Assembly (NCBI GenBank): GCA_963675495.1
Contig: OY776215.1
Span: forward strand, 928,001 to 992,000
Length of the DNA: 64,000 bases
Direction: 5' to 3'
From: an uncultured Methanolobus sp.
Lineage (GTDB): Archaea; Halobacteriota; Methanosarcinia; Methanosarcinales; Methanosarcinaceae
Part shown: one piece after another, positions 31,845 to 40,645 of the stretch
Layout: every line of letters starts with the position of its first letter
Position numbering within the stretch: position 1 is the first letter of the stretch
The notes under the pieces: generated by a model
What the model was told of the DNA's origin: nothing
The model's input: only the letters and a program-made list of their open reading frames with translations
Database searches by the model: none
Program-made: the position numbers and the translations under genes

Positions 31845-32438
31845 TTGGGCCTTCATTTAACTTTACCCGATACACTTCGACCACGTTTTCGGGAGAGTTT
31901 TGGGAGCCTTTACAGAGGTAAAGGTGATGACACCATCAAAAAACTTTCCAAGGATCTCGGTAGTCCCACAAAACTTATATCCGTAGGTGATGTTACTACC
32001 TTCCACTTGCTCAATCTTGGAATAATACCGGACATCCTTATAGTGGATGACCGCACTAAACGCGGACCGGCATCAGACCGGGTCGTAGTAGGTACCAAGC
32101 ATAAAGGGTTCACCGAAATATCCGTTGACAATCCAGCAGGGGTAATAACCGAAGATCTGATAGACGCTGTAAGAAATGCGTTGAATGCAGATGAAAATGT
32201 CAGGATATTTGTGCGCGGCGAGGAGGACCTGGCTGCTGTGCCTGCGATTCTTATGGCACCAGAAGGCTCAGCTGTTCTTTATGGACAGCCGGACGAAGGT
32301 GTTGTACTTGTTAAGATAACATTACCTAAAAAGGAACAAATGAAGAACCTGTTAACTGAGATACTCAAAGAACAGGATCATGATTCAGAACAAATAGAAA
32401 CTATTCGGAGGAAACTGGATGGATATCAAAATCATTAA
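31845..32438 (+). CDS. GTP-dependent dephospho-CoA kinase (DUF359)
   Basis: SVGDVTT, VDDRTKR, NPAGVIT, GEEDLA and YGQPDEGVV. Confidence 0.88.
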   Translation: MGLHLTLPDTLRPRFRESFGSLYRGKGDDTIKKLSKDLGSPTKLISVGDVTTFHLLNLGIIPDILIVDDRTKRGPASDRVVVGTKHKGFTEISVDNPAGVITEDLIDAVRNALNADENVRIFVRGEEDLAAVPAILMAPEGSAVLYGQPDEGVVLVKITLPKKEQMKNLLTEILKEQDHDSEQIETIRRKLDGYQNH

Positions 32439-32754
32439 CGATAAAAATAATGCGCTTCTCAACAGGCGTGAATTAAACCTCACTGTCACTTTTGACGGAG
32501 CAACACCGTCAAGAGATGATGTGAAAGGCAAGATTGCAGCTATGCTCACTGTACCACTGGAACTTGTGATCGTTCAGAAGATAGAGAACGAGTTCGGTAA
32601 GCAGGAACTTAAAGCATATATCAAGATCTATGAAGATGAAGCCCGCATGAAGCAGGTTGAAGAAGCATATGTGCTTGAAAGAAACAAGCTTCCTGAACCA
32701 GAGGTCGCTGAGGAAGAAGAAGAAACACCTGCAGAAGAGTCTTCAGAGGAATAA
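32419..32754 (+). CDS. rps24e: 30S ribosomal protein S24e
   Basis: [22 protein letters not shown]. Confidence 0.93.
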   Translation: MDIKIINDKNNALLNRRELNLTVTFDGATPSRDDVKGKIAAMLTVPLELVIVQKIENEFGKQELKAYIKIYEDEARMKQVEEAYVLERNKLPEPEVAEEEEETPAEESSEE

Positions 32755-32756
32755 TC

Positions 32757-32906
32757 ATGGCAGTAAAAGATTACTACAAGGTCAGCGGCGATTCCATCGA
32801 GCGTACCCGTCAGTCCTGCCCACGCTGTGGCGAAGGAGTATTCCTCGCAGAGCACAAGGACAGACGCACTTGTGGAAAGTGCGGATACACCGAATTCAAG
32901 AAATAA
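32757..32906 (+). CDS. rps27ae: 30S ribosomal protein S27ae
   Basis: Hand translation [49 protein letters not shown] (49 aa, below the ORF-track cutoff). Confidence 0.95.
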   Translation: MAVKDYYKVSGDSIERTRQSCPRCGEGVFLAEHKDRRTCGKCGYTEFKK

Positions 32907-33310
32907 TTATTTTATAGTACGACCCATAAAGGGTTGTCTTCTCTTTTTTAGATTTTTTTTCTTAAAAACCAGATGCACTAGTTACATCTGTATTAGACCT
33001 GAAAGATTTACATTTTAACTATTGTTTTTCAAATAACATCATTTTTTCTTCCTGTGGCATAATATAATATTTCTTGAATATATTTGCATCAATACATTGT
33101 GAAATTTTGTACTGCCTGATGCATATTTCATATGAGAAAATTCCGAAAGATTTAATAATAGGTAGATTGTTTGCACTTATTAGTTAGAAAGCAAACACTC
33201 ATGTTTTGGTTTTTTACATACATTGCTTAAAACTTAATTTGTGGGTGGTAGTTATTCATAACAATTAGTTAGATAGATATACATAATAAATTATAAAAAA
33301 GAGGAATTCG

Positions 33311-33985
33311 ATGAGCTACGTTTATGCAGCGGTGGTAGGCATACTAATAGGCATCTTCATATTTGGTTTGAAGACCGGAGTAGGATGTGGTTTTTCCACT
33401 GTCAGAAAAAGAGATATCCTGATACTTGCAAGCAGTTACTTTGTCATTTCCATAATACTTGGAAGTCTTGTAGAAATAGTGGACCAATCCTATATTGAAG
33501 CTATTTCAAATCTTGGAATGACATTACATGTATTCATAGCACTTGTCCTCATTGGTGCAGGGATATATACACAGAAAAAATGGTCTTGTGGTCATGACGT
33601 TTCCAAAAAAACGTTCCTTGTGATCTCTGTACCCTGCCCGGTTTGCCTTACAGCTCTTTTTGTTTCATGCATGATACTGGCATCAACCCTTGATGTCAGC
33701 GGCTGGAAGGTCGGGGTGCTTGTAGGTTTTGTTTTCTTTATATCAGTAATATCATCAACATGGGTCTTCAGAAAAATGAAAAGAACACCTGAAGATCTTG
33801 GAACAACAATGATGTTCCTTGGAATTTTCTACCTTCTAGGAGCAATGATAGTGCCAGCTTACATCAAGGCAAAGAAACTCAACCTGGCACTAACTAGCGG
33901 GGGAGAGTTTGAGATCATTCCACTGTTGATATTCACTATCTTCATAATAGGGGGCTATGCCCTCAATAACATTAGAGGTCAATAA
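33311..33985 (+). CDS. DUF2162 family putative transporter (HmuT-like position)
   Basis: About 6-7 TM helices, FGLKTG.G and PCPVC motif; first gene of the DUF2162-ExbB-DUF2149-CobN cluster. Confidence 0.75.
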   Translation: MSYVYAAVVGILIGIFIFGLKTGVGCGFSTVRKRDILILASSYFVISIILGSLVEIVDQSYIEAISNLGMTLHVFIALVLIGAGIYTQKKWSCGHDVSKKTFLVISVPCPVCLTALFVSCMILASTLDVSGWKVGVLVGFVFFISVISSTWVFRKMKRTPEDLGTTMMFLGIFYLLGAMIVPAYIKAKKLNLALTSGGEFEIIPLLIFTIFIIGGYALNNIRGQ

Positions 33986-33987
33986 AA

Positions 33988-34611
33988 ATGGATGCTACTT
34001 CTTCATTGTTTGGTATATTGTACACATTTTCAGCTTCATTGCTGTACCCGGTGATCATTATTCTCATACTGCTGGTAGTCTTCTCCCTGATGCTTATAGG
34101 AGAATTCCTGTCAGAATATGCAAAAAGACATAGAGATATCGGAAACCTTGAACTGTGTTGTAACAAGGTAAGAGAACATGTCAGTTCCCAGAAATACGGA
34201 GAGGCTGCCAATTCACTACGCAATATAGAACAGAACTTCATGGTTACAAGCTTTGCAACTTCTGCTGCCGATCATCTTGAAAAGAACATGCTACCTGCTG
34301 TTGAATGGCTCTCCCAGGAATATGAGATAAAAATGGCAAAGAGACTTGAACAGACAAGGATCGTTGCAACTATCGCACCAATGCTCGGCCTGATGGGAAC
34401 TCTTATTCCCCTTGGACCTGCACTTATAGGTCTTTCACAGGGAGATATCGTACAGCTTGCAAACAACCTCATGATAGCTTTTGCTACAACAGTGATCGGT
34501 CTTTTCGCAGGAATTATCGGTTATGTGCTTACCCAGGTAAGAAAAAGATGGTACTGGCAGGATATGGCTGATATAGATTATATCCTCGATACTCTGGAGG
34601 TTGCGGAGTGA
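33988..34611 (+). CDS. MotA/TolQ/ExbB proton channel family protein (HmuU-like)
   Basis: IAPMLGLMGTLIPLGPAL..L..AFATTVIGL. Confidence 0.88.
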   Translation: MDATSSLFGILYTFSASLLYPVIIILILLVVFSLMLIGEFLSEYAKRHRDIGNLELCCNKVREHVSSQKYGEAANSLRNIEQNFMVTSFATSAADHLEKNMLPAVEWLSQEYEIKMAKRLEQTRIVATIAPMLGLMGTLIPLGPALIGLSQGDIVQLANNLMIAFATTVIGLFAGIIGYVLTQVRKRWYWQDMADIDYILDTLEVAE

Positions 34612-34976
34612 AGAGGAGAAGAAGCCGACGAACAGGACTCATAAATAATGAGGATGAACAAAACCCTCTTACAGGGGTTGCCAATCTTTTTGACATTGCG
34701 ATGGTTTTCTCAGTTGCACTTCTGGTAGCATTGGTTATGTCCTACCAGTTACCGGAACTTCTCAGTCCTACGGAAGATATAACGATAGTAAAGAATCCCG
34801 GGCAAAAGGACATGAAAATAATCATCAAGGATCAGGGTAAACCCATTGAGGTCCTGAACATGACAGACCAGATAGGCGGTGGAACAGGAGAAGCTCTCGG
34901 TACGGCCTACAAACTTGCAGACGGAAGAGTTGTTTATGTGCCAGAGGAAGAGGGGGCAAATACGACCTCTACTTAA
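34608..34976 (+). CDS. DUF2149 protein (ExbD/MotB-like single-TM partner, HmuV-like)
   Basis: NPLTGVANLFDIAMVF TM with Asp, TIVKNPG and G..LGTAYKLADGRVVYVPE; GTG start overlaps the ExbB-like stop. Confidence 0.85.
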   Translation: MKRRRSRRTGLINNEDEQNPLTGVANLFDIAMVFSVALLVALVMSYQLPELLSPTEDITIVKNPGQKDMKIIIKDQGKPIEVLNMTDQIGGGTGEALGTAYKLADGRVVYVPEEEGANTTST

Positions 34977-35083
34977 ATTTTCATTTTTTTTATTATCATT
35001 TAAACAAGTTAATTTGTTTTAAAACAATTTATATTTACTAAATCATAAAAATGGTGGATGAAAAGTCAGTATAAAATGATCAG

Positions 35084-38000
35084 ATGGTGGTCGATATGAT
35101 AGAAAAGAGAATGGTTGGAAAAAATTACATAGGAATTGCTGGAAAGATCAGTTTGATCCTTCTTTTAAGTATACTTATTTTTTCAGCCAATGCAATGGCA
35201 TTGGATCTGAACCAGTTTGAGTTTGTTGCGAATACGACCAGTGACTCAAGTGGAAATTTTACTTTTGAGAATATTCCAAATGGAGAATACGTCCTGTACT
35301 CAGTAAATGAATCATATTCTAAAAAATATGACGAATGGAGATGGTACAATGGAAAAATAGACATTAAAGTGAATAGTTCAGACATTACAGGTCTTGAACT
35401 TGAAGTAGCCAGTGGATCAGATATAGATCAAAACGAAGTATTGGCATATCTGGACAAGTCAGCAATAACAGGAAATACTTACCTCTATGCAATGAGCAAG
35501 TACTACTACAAAGCAAGTACGTTAGTTCTCATTGACAAACAAACAGATGAACTTATAGCTAACACCACATCTGATAGCAGCGGAAATTTTACTTTTGAAG
35601 ACATTCCAAATGGAGAATATGTCCTGTACTCGGTCAATGAATCATATTCTAAAAAGTATGATGAGTGGAGATGGTACAACGGAAAAGTAGACATAGAAGT
35701 AAACAGCTCAGACATTACAGACCTTGAACTTGAAGTAGCTAGCGGATCAAATATAGATCAAAACGAAGTATTGGCATATCTGGACAAGTCAGCAATAACA
35801 GGAAATACTTACCTCTATGCAATGAGCAAGTACTACTACAAAGCAAGTACGTTAGTTCTCATTGACAAACAAACAGATGAACTTATAGCTAACACCACAT
35901 CTGATAGCAGCGGAAATTTTACTTTTGAAGATATTCCAAATGGAGAATATGTCCTGTACTCGGTCAATGAATCATATTCTAAAAAGTATGATGAGTGGAG
36001 ATGGTACAACGGAAAAGTAGACATAAAAGTAAACAGCTCAGACATTACAGACCTTGAACTTGAAGTGGCCAGCGGATCAGATATAGATCAAAGCGAAGTA
36101 TTGGCATATCTGGACAAGTCAGCAATAACAGGAAATACCTACCTTTATGCAATGAGCAAGTACTACTACAAAGCAAGTAACGTAGTTCTGCTGAAACAAA
36201 AATCTTCTACTATCACCAATGAGCCTCATCTGAACGTATCAATAATTACCGGATATTCATCCTATGAGGAAGAGCTTGCCAATTTCACAAACAGGATTAA
36301 TTCCAATCCAGAGCTCAACATAAATGTTAGTACGTATATAACCACAAAATTACCTGACGATATAGATCTCAGCAATACGGATATAGTTTACATTAAGATG
36401 GTTACTCAGAGTGCTTCAGAATTTGAGGATACGCTTCAGGAAGCTATTGACAATGGTGCCCTTGTAATTGGTCAGAATACTTACCTGCCTGAGAGCAATT
36501 ACACACATCCATCAAATCCAAATTATGATACAATTACCAAATTCAAAGATCATTTGGATGATTATTGGTCAGGAGCCTCATTAGATGATACAAACTTTGA
36601 CAATCTCATATTCTATCTGGCACAGGAATATTACGGTCGTGCTGACCTCACTGTAGAAGAACCTAGTGTAATACCAATGGCAATCTATCATCCGGGAATG
36701 AAAGACATGCCTGCTGAATACCTCGTTGTCAATGCAGAGGAGTATTTTGGATGGTATGCTAACAGAACGGATGGACATGCTTTCGATGCAGATGCACCAA
36801 CTATAGGCATTACATTTTATGGTTCATACTACATGGATGACATGGACCCTATTAACAAACTCATAGAAGGGTTTGAAGAAAACGGTGCAAATGTAGTAGC
36901 ATGTTATGGTGGTACCAAAAATCATCTTGATGGATACCTGAATTACAGCAGCCAGACAAAAGTTGATGCTGTTGTTTCCTTCCACTATCGTGGAAATTAC
37001 TTTGATCTTGAGGAGCTTGGAGTACCTGTCATGAATGCCATACTCAACGGGTACATGAATACAAGCCAGTGGATTGAAACCAGCACTCCATTGCCAGTAA
37101 CTAATATGCTAAGACTTTACAGACCTGAAACTGAAGGTGCTATTGATCCTATTATGATCGGAGCTCTGGAAACGATTGTTGAGGACAACAGTACAGTAGA
37201 GAAGTACATTGGCCACGATGAACAGATAGATTGGCTTGTTGAACGTGCCATATCCCAGGCAAACCTTTCCATTGAAGAGGAATCTGACAAGAAGATAGCT
37301 ATCATCTACTACAACCATGGTGGCGGAAAGGACAATATCGGTGCCTCATATCTGGAAGTTGCACCAAGTATTGTGAACCTCCTTGTAGGAATGGATGATG
37401 CTGGTTACGACGTGAATGGAACACTCATACCCAACAAGACAGAACTCGTGGACCTCATGGTCTATCAGGGAAGAAATGTAGGTACATGGGCTCCAGGAGA
37501 ACTGGATAAGATGGTTGAGACCGGAAAGGCCGAGCTCATACCTGAAAGCACATATCTGGGCTGGTTCAATGAGCTTCCAGAAGTAAGACGAACAGAAGTT
37601 ATCGATATGTGGGGAGAAGCTCCAGGAGAGATAATGGTCTACACCGATGAAAGCGGTGACAGATTTATTGTCATCCCAAAGATAAGCCTCAGTGACAATG
37701 TGATCCTTGCACCACAGCCAACAAGAGGATGGTTGCAGGACAACGAAGTACTCTACCATGACGAGGAACTTCCACCTCATCACCAGTACATTGCATTCTA
37801 TCTGTGGATGCAGAACGAGTTCGATGCTGATGCAATGGTTAACATGGGAAGACACGGAACCGTTGAATGGTTACCAGGCAAGGACTTCTGCCTGCTCAGT
37901 GAGGAATGGCCTGCTATCATGACAGGTGATATACCTGTTGTCTATCCATACGTGATGGATGGTATGGGAGAAGGTCTCCAGGCAAAACGCAGAGGTAATG

Positions 38001-40357
38001 CAATTATCATCGACCACCTGATACCACCTGTTGTGTCAGCTGGAAGTTATGGAAACTACAGTGTATTGAACAACAAGATCAGTGTTTACACAACCTCGGT
38101 CACTGAATCCGAAGCACTGCTCCAGGCTCATTTGCAGGATATAATCACCCTTACAATGGAACTTGGACTGGACAGCAGAGTGAATATGAGTCTTGCACAG
38201 GACAATGCAACTGTGGGCATCTTCCTTGATGATCTGGATGACGTACTAAGAGAACTGAGAAGCCAGTCCATGCCTTACGGACTTCACATACTTGGTGAAG
38301 CACCACAGGGCGATGAGCTTGTAGGAATGGTCAAATCCATGCTTGGAGATGACTACACAGATGCTGTAGCAGCTTATAATGACACGGAATCTGCACCATT
38401 TGATATGTTGAGCCTTGTTCTGCTCGATAGTATGAACATCACAGATGCCCAGATGCAGGTTCTTGGAAATACTTCTGCAACAGTGGAGACCGATCTGACC
38501 AATGCCATCAATTACGCAGAACTTCTGGCTGAATCAGATAACGAGATCCAGCAGGTCCTAAAGGCAATGGATGGAGGATACATCGAACCAAATCTTGGTG
38601 GAGATCCGATACTCCGTCCTGATACACTACCTACTGGCAGGAATTTCTATGCATTTGATGAGCAACTGATACCAACAGAAAACGCATGGAATGATGGAAC
38701 AGCACTTGTGGACCAGTGGATAGCCGATTACTATGCAGAACACGGTGAGTATCCAAATAAGGCAGGATACATCCTTTGGGCAGGTGAATCAACCCGTCAC
38801 GAAGGTGTAATGGAAGCACAGATATTCTACCTACTTGGAGTCAAACCTGTATGGGATGAGGATGATAGTGAAGTCGTTGATGTGGAACTTATACCAGCAG
38901 CTGAACTGGGAAGACCTCGCATCGATGTCATGGTACAGATATCAGGACTTTACAGGGATACTTTCCCAATGAAGGTAGACCTTATCGACAAAGCTGTAAG
39001 ACTTGCTTATGAGCAGGATGAACCTGACAACTATGTCAGGGAGAACACCAATGCTCTTCAGCTAGCACTTAACGACACGATCGGTAACTACAACCTGTCA
39101 CTTGACATTGCACAATTCAGGATATTCGGTCCGGAAGATGGTTCCTATGGTACCGGAATGGCAAACGCTGTGTCAGCCAGTAATACATGGGAAGACAACA
39201 GTGAACTCGCTGAACTTTACATCAATAAGATGAGCTACATTTACGGTGAAGATATCAGAGGGCAAACTGTTGAGGAGTACATAAAGCAAAAAACCGGAGA
39301 GGATATCCAGATCGATGACACTCTTGTCTTTGAGAACATACTTGATGGAACTGACGTACTTGTACATAGCAGAAGTTCCAACACATACGGTGCCACAAAT
39401 ACCGATGAGTTCTATCAATATCTGTCAGGCCTTTCCAATGCCATTAAGGCAGTATCCGGTGAAGAGCCAGACCTGCTGATAGCAAACCTGGAAAATCCTG
39501 CTGACCTTAAAGTAGAGGATGTGGAAACATACCTTGAGAATGAACTGTACACTGTGTTCAGTGATATGAATATCCAGGGATGGATGTCACACGGATACGA
39601 AGGTGCCAGAATGATGATGAACTTCGTTGAGAACCTCTGGGGAATTGAAGCCCTGACACCTGGTCTTGTAACCGAAGACATGTGGGCTCAGACCTATGGA
39701 AAGTTCGTTGCAGATAAGACAGTATCAGACTGGATGAAAGATGCCAGTCCGTATGCCTATGAGTCAACAACCGGCAGACTGATCGAAGTAGTCAGAACAG
39801 GAAACTGGAATCCTTCAGATAAAGTACTGGAAAGTCTTGTGAATGAGTATATTGACACTGTTGTTGAAAATGGTGTAACATGCTGTCACCACACCTGTGG
39901 TAATCCAACGCTTGATGAATTCATTACGAGTGCGGTTGATTCCGGAAAGATACAGGTTTCACAAGCAAAGATGGACGAGTACAAAAAGATCATGGAAGAA
40001 ACCAGAAATCCACTTCCAAAAACTCCAACATCAGCACCAACTCCAACAACAACTCCAAGCAGCAAAAAGAGTTCCAGTAACACGGGGACTGAACTGAATG
40101 TTGTCGAAACCAGTGGAGGTAACCAGAGCACCTTCACAGATTCCGGTGCAGGAGACATACTGGAAGAGGAAGCATCCATGAAGTCACCTGTTGAAGACAG
40201 TTATGTCGAGGGATATGAAATGACAAGAGAAACTGTTGAGGATGATTCTGAAAGTAGTCCATATTCCATATCGGGTTCAGATGTGATAGCATCTGTACTG
40301 GTGATCGGACTTGTAGGAACGATGTATATAGGATTCTGGAGAAGGAGGAAATTGTAA
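35084..40357 (+). CDS. CobN/ChlH-family chelatase-like protein 1, secreted and C-terminally anchored, with three N-terminal beta-sandwich repeats
   Basis: Signal peptide, GRHGTVEWLPG, LPTGRNFY, RHEG, RPRIDV..SGLYRD, TCCHHTCGN and TM-GFWRRRKL; exact start uncertain (35084/35096/35111). Confidence 0.88.
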   Translation: MVVDMIEKRMVGKNYIGIAGKISLILLLSILIFSANAMALDLNQFEFVANTTSDSSGNFTFENIPNGEYVLYSVNESYSKKYDEWRWYNGKIDIKVNSSDITGLELEVASGSDIDQNEVLAYLDKSAITGNTYLYAMSKYYYKASTLVLIDKQTDELIANTTSDSSGNFTFEDIPNGEYVLYSVNESYSKKYDEWRWYNGKVDIEVNSSDITDLELEVASGSNIDQNEVLAYLDKSAITGNTYLYAMSKYYYKASTLVLIDKQTDELIANTTSDSSGNFTFEDIPNGEYVLYSVNESYSKKYDEWRWYNGKVDIKVNSSDITDLELEVASGSDIDQSEVLAYLDKSAITGNTYLYAMSKYYYKASNVVLLKQKSSTITNEPHLNVSIITGYSSYEEELANFTNRINSNPELNINVSTYITTKLPDDIDLSNTDIVYIKMVTQSASEFEDTLQEAIDNGALVIGQNTYLPESNYTHPSNPNYDTITKFKDHLDDYWSGASLDDTNFDNLIFYLAQEYYGRADLTVEEPSVIPMAIYHPGMKDMPAEYLVVNAEEYFGWYANRTDGHAFDADAPTIGITFYGSYYMDDMDPINKLIEGFEENGANVVACYGGTKNHLDGYLNYSSQTKVDAVVSFHYRGNYFDLEELGVPVMNAILNGYMNTSQWIETSTPLPVTNMLRLYRPETEGAIDPIMIGALETIVEDNSTVEKYIGHDEQIDWLVERAISQANLSIEEESDKKIAIIYYNHGGGKDNIGASYLEVAPSIVNLLVGMDDAGYDVNGTLIPNKTELVDLMVYQGRNVGTWAPGELDKMVETGKAELIPESTYLGWFNELPEVRRTEVIDMWGEAPGEIMVYTDESGDRFIVIPKISLSDNVILAPQPTRGWLQDNEVLYHDEELPPHHQYIAFYLWMQNEFDADAMVNMGRHGTVEWLPGKDFCLLSEEWPAIMTGDIPVVYPYVMDGMGEGLQAKRRGNAIIIDHLIPPVVSAGSYGNYSVLNNKISVYTTSVTESEALLQAHLQDIITLTMELGLDSRVNMSLAQDNATVGIFLDDLDDVLRELRSQSMPYGLHILGEAPQGDELVGMVKSMLGDDYTDAVAAYNDTESAPFDMLSLVLLDSMNITDAQMQVLGNTSATVETDLTNAINYAELLAESDNEIQQVLKAMDGGYIEPNLGGDPILRPDTLPTGRNFYAFDEQLIPTENAWNDGTALVDQWIADYYAEHGEYPNKAGYILWAGESTRHEGVMEAQIFYLLGVKPVWDEDDSEVVDVELIPAAELGRPRIDVMVQISGLYRDTFPMKVDLIDKAVRLAYEQDEPDNYVRENTNALQLALNDTIGNYNLSLDIAQFRIFGPEDGSYGTGMANAVSASNTWEDNSELAELYINKMSYIYGEDIRGQTVEEYIKQKTGEDIQIDDTLVFENILDGTDVLVHSRSSNTYGATNTDEFYQYLSGLSNAIKAVSGEEPDLLIANLENPADLKVEDVETYLENELYTVFSDMNIQGWMSHGYEGARMMMNFVENLWGIEALTPGLVTEDMWAQTYGKFVADKTVSDWMKDASPYAYESTTGRLIEVVRTGNWNPSDKVLESLVNEYIDTVVENGVTCCHHTCGNPTLDEFITSAVDSGKIQVSQAKMDEYKKIMEETRNPLPKTPTSAPTPTTTPSSKKSSSNTGTELNVVETSGGNQSTFTDSGAGDILEEEASMKSPVEDSYVEGYEMTRETVEDDSESSPYSISGSDVIASVLVIGLVGTMYIGFWRRRKL
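35224..36180 (+). repeat. Three tandem 330-bp (110-aa) intragenic repeats
   Basis: ANTTSDSSGNFTF..YKAS unit recurs at 330-bp spacing; copies 2 and 3 are nearly identical in DNA. Confidence 0.92.
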
Positions 40358-40360
40358 AGT

Positions 40361-40400
40361 GTTTTTGGCGCTTTTAAAAAAAGCGTCTTTTCTTTTTTAT
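40361..40400 (+). terminator. Hairpin plus U-tract terminator after CobN-like 1
   Basis: GGCGCTTTT..AAAAGCGTC followed by TTTTCTTTTTT. Confidence 0.75.
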
Positions 40401-40578
40401 TTTTACAATGATAATGAATTCATTTATATGCGGAAAGAGTTATTACTTTTTATGCTAATGTATATACACATTATAATCACATAACTAAGTAAAACACAAT
40501 TGTTTGTGATTTTAAATAATTCTATATACATATTTAATTAGAATTTAAGAAGTTTTGAATTGATTGATCAATAGTTAT

Positions 40579-40645
40579 GAGCACTCCTGAATAACCGCCA
40601 AACAAAACGGAGAGTGTTCTGAACACGTTATCGGGGGATAACATG
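40579..40645 (+). promoter_or_regulatory. Conserved structured 5'-leader element, copy 1 (riboswitch-like)
   Basis: P1 GAGCACTC/GAGTGTTC around loop ATAACCGCCAAACAA; P2 GTTATC-GGGG-GATAAC abutting ATG 40643. Confidence 0.7.

Noticed and set aside
40579-40645. Known cobalamin or NiCo riboswitch
   Set aside because: Too short, with no recognisable B12-box or four-way junction by eye; an Rfam search is still needed
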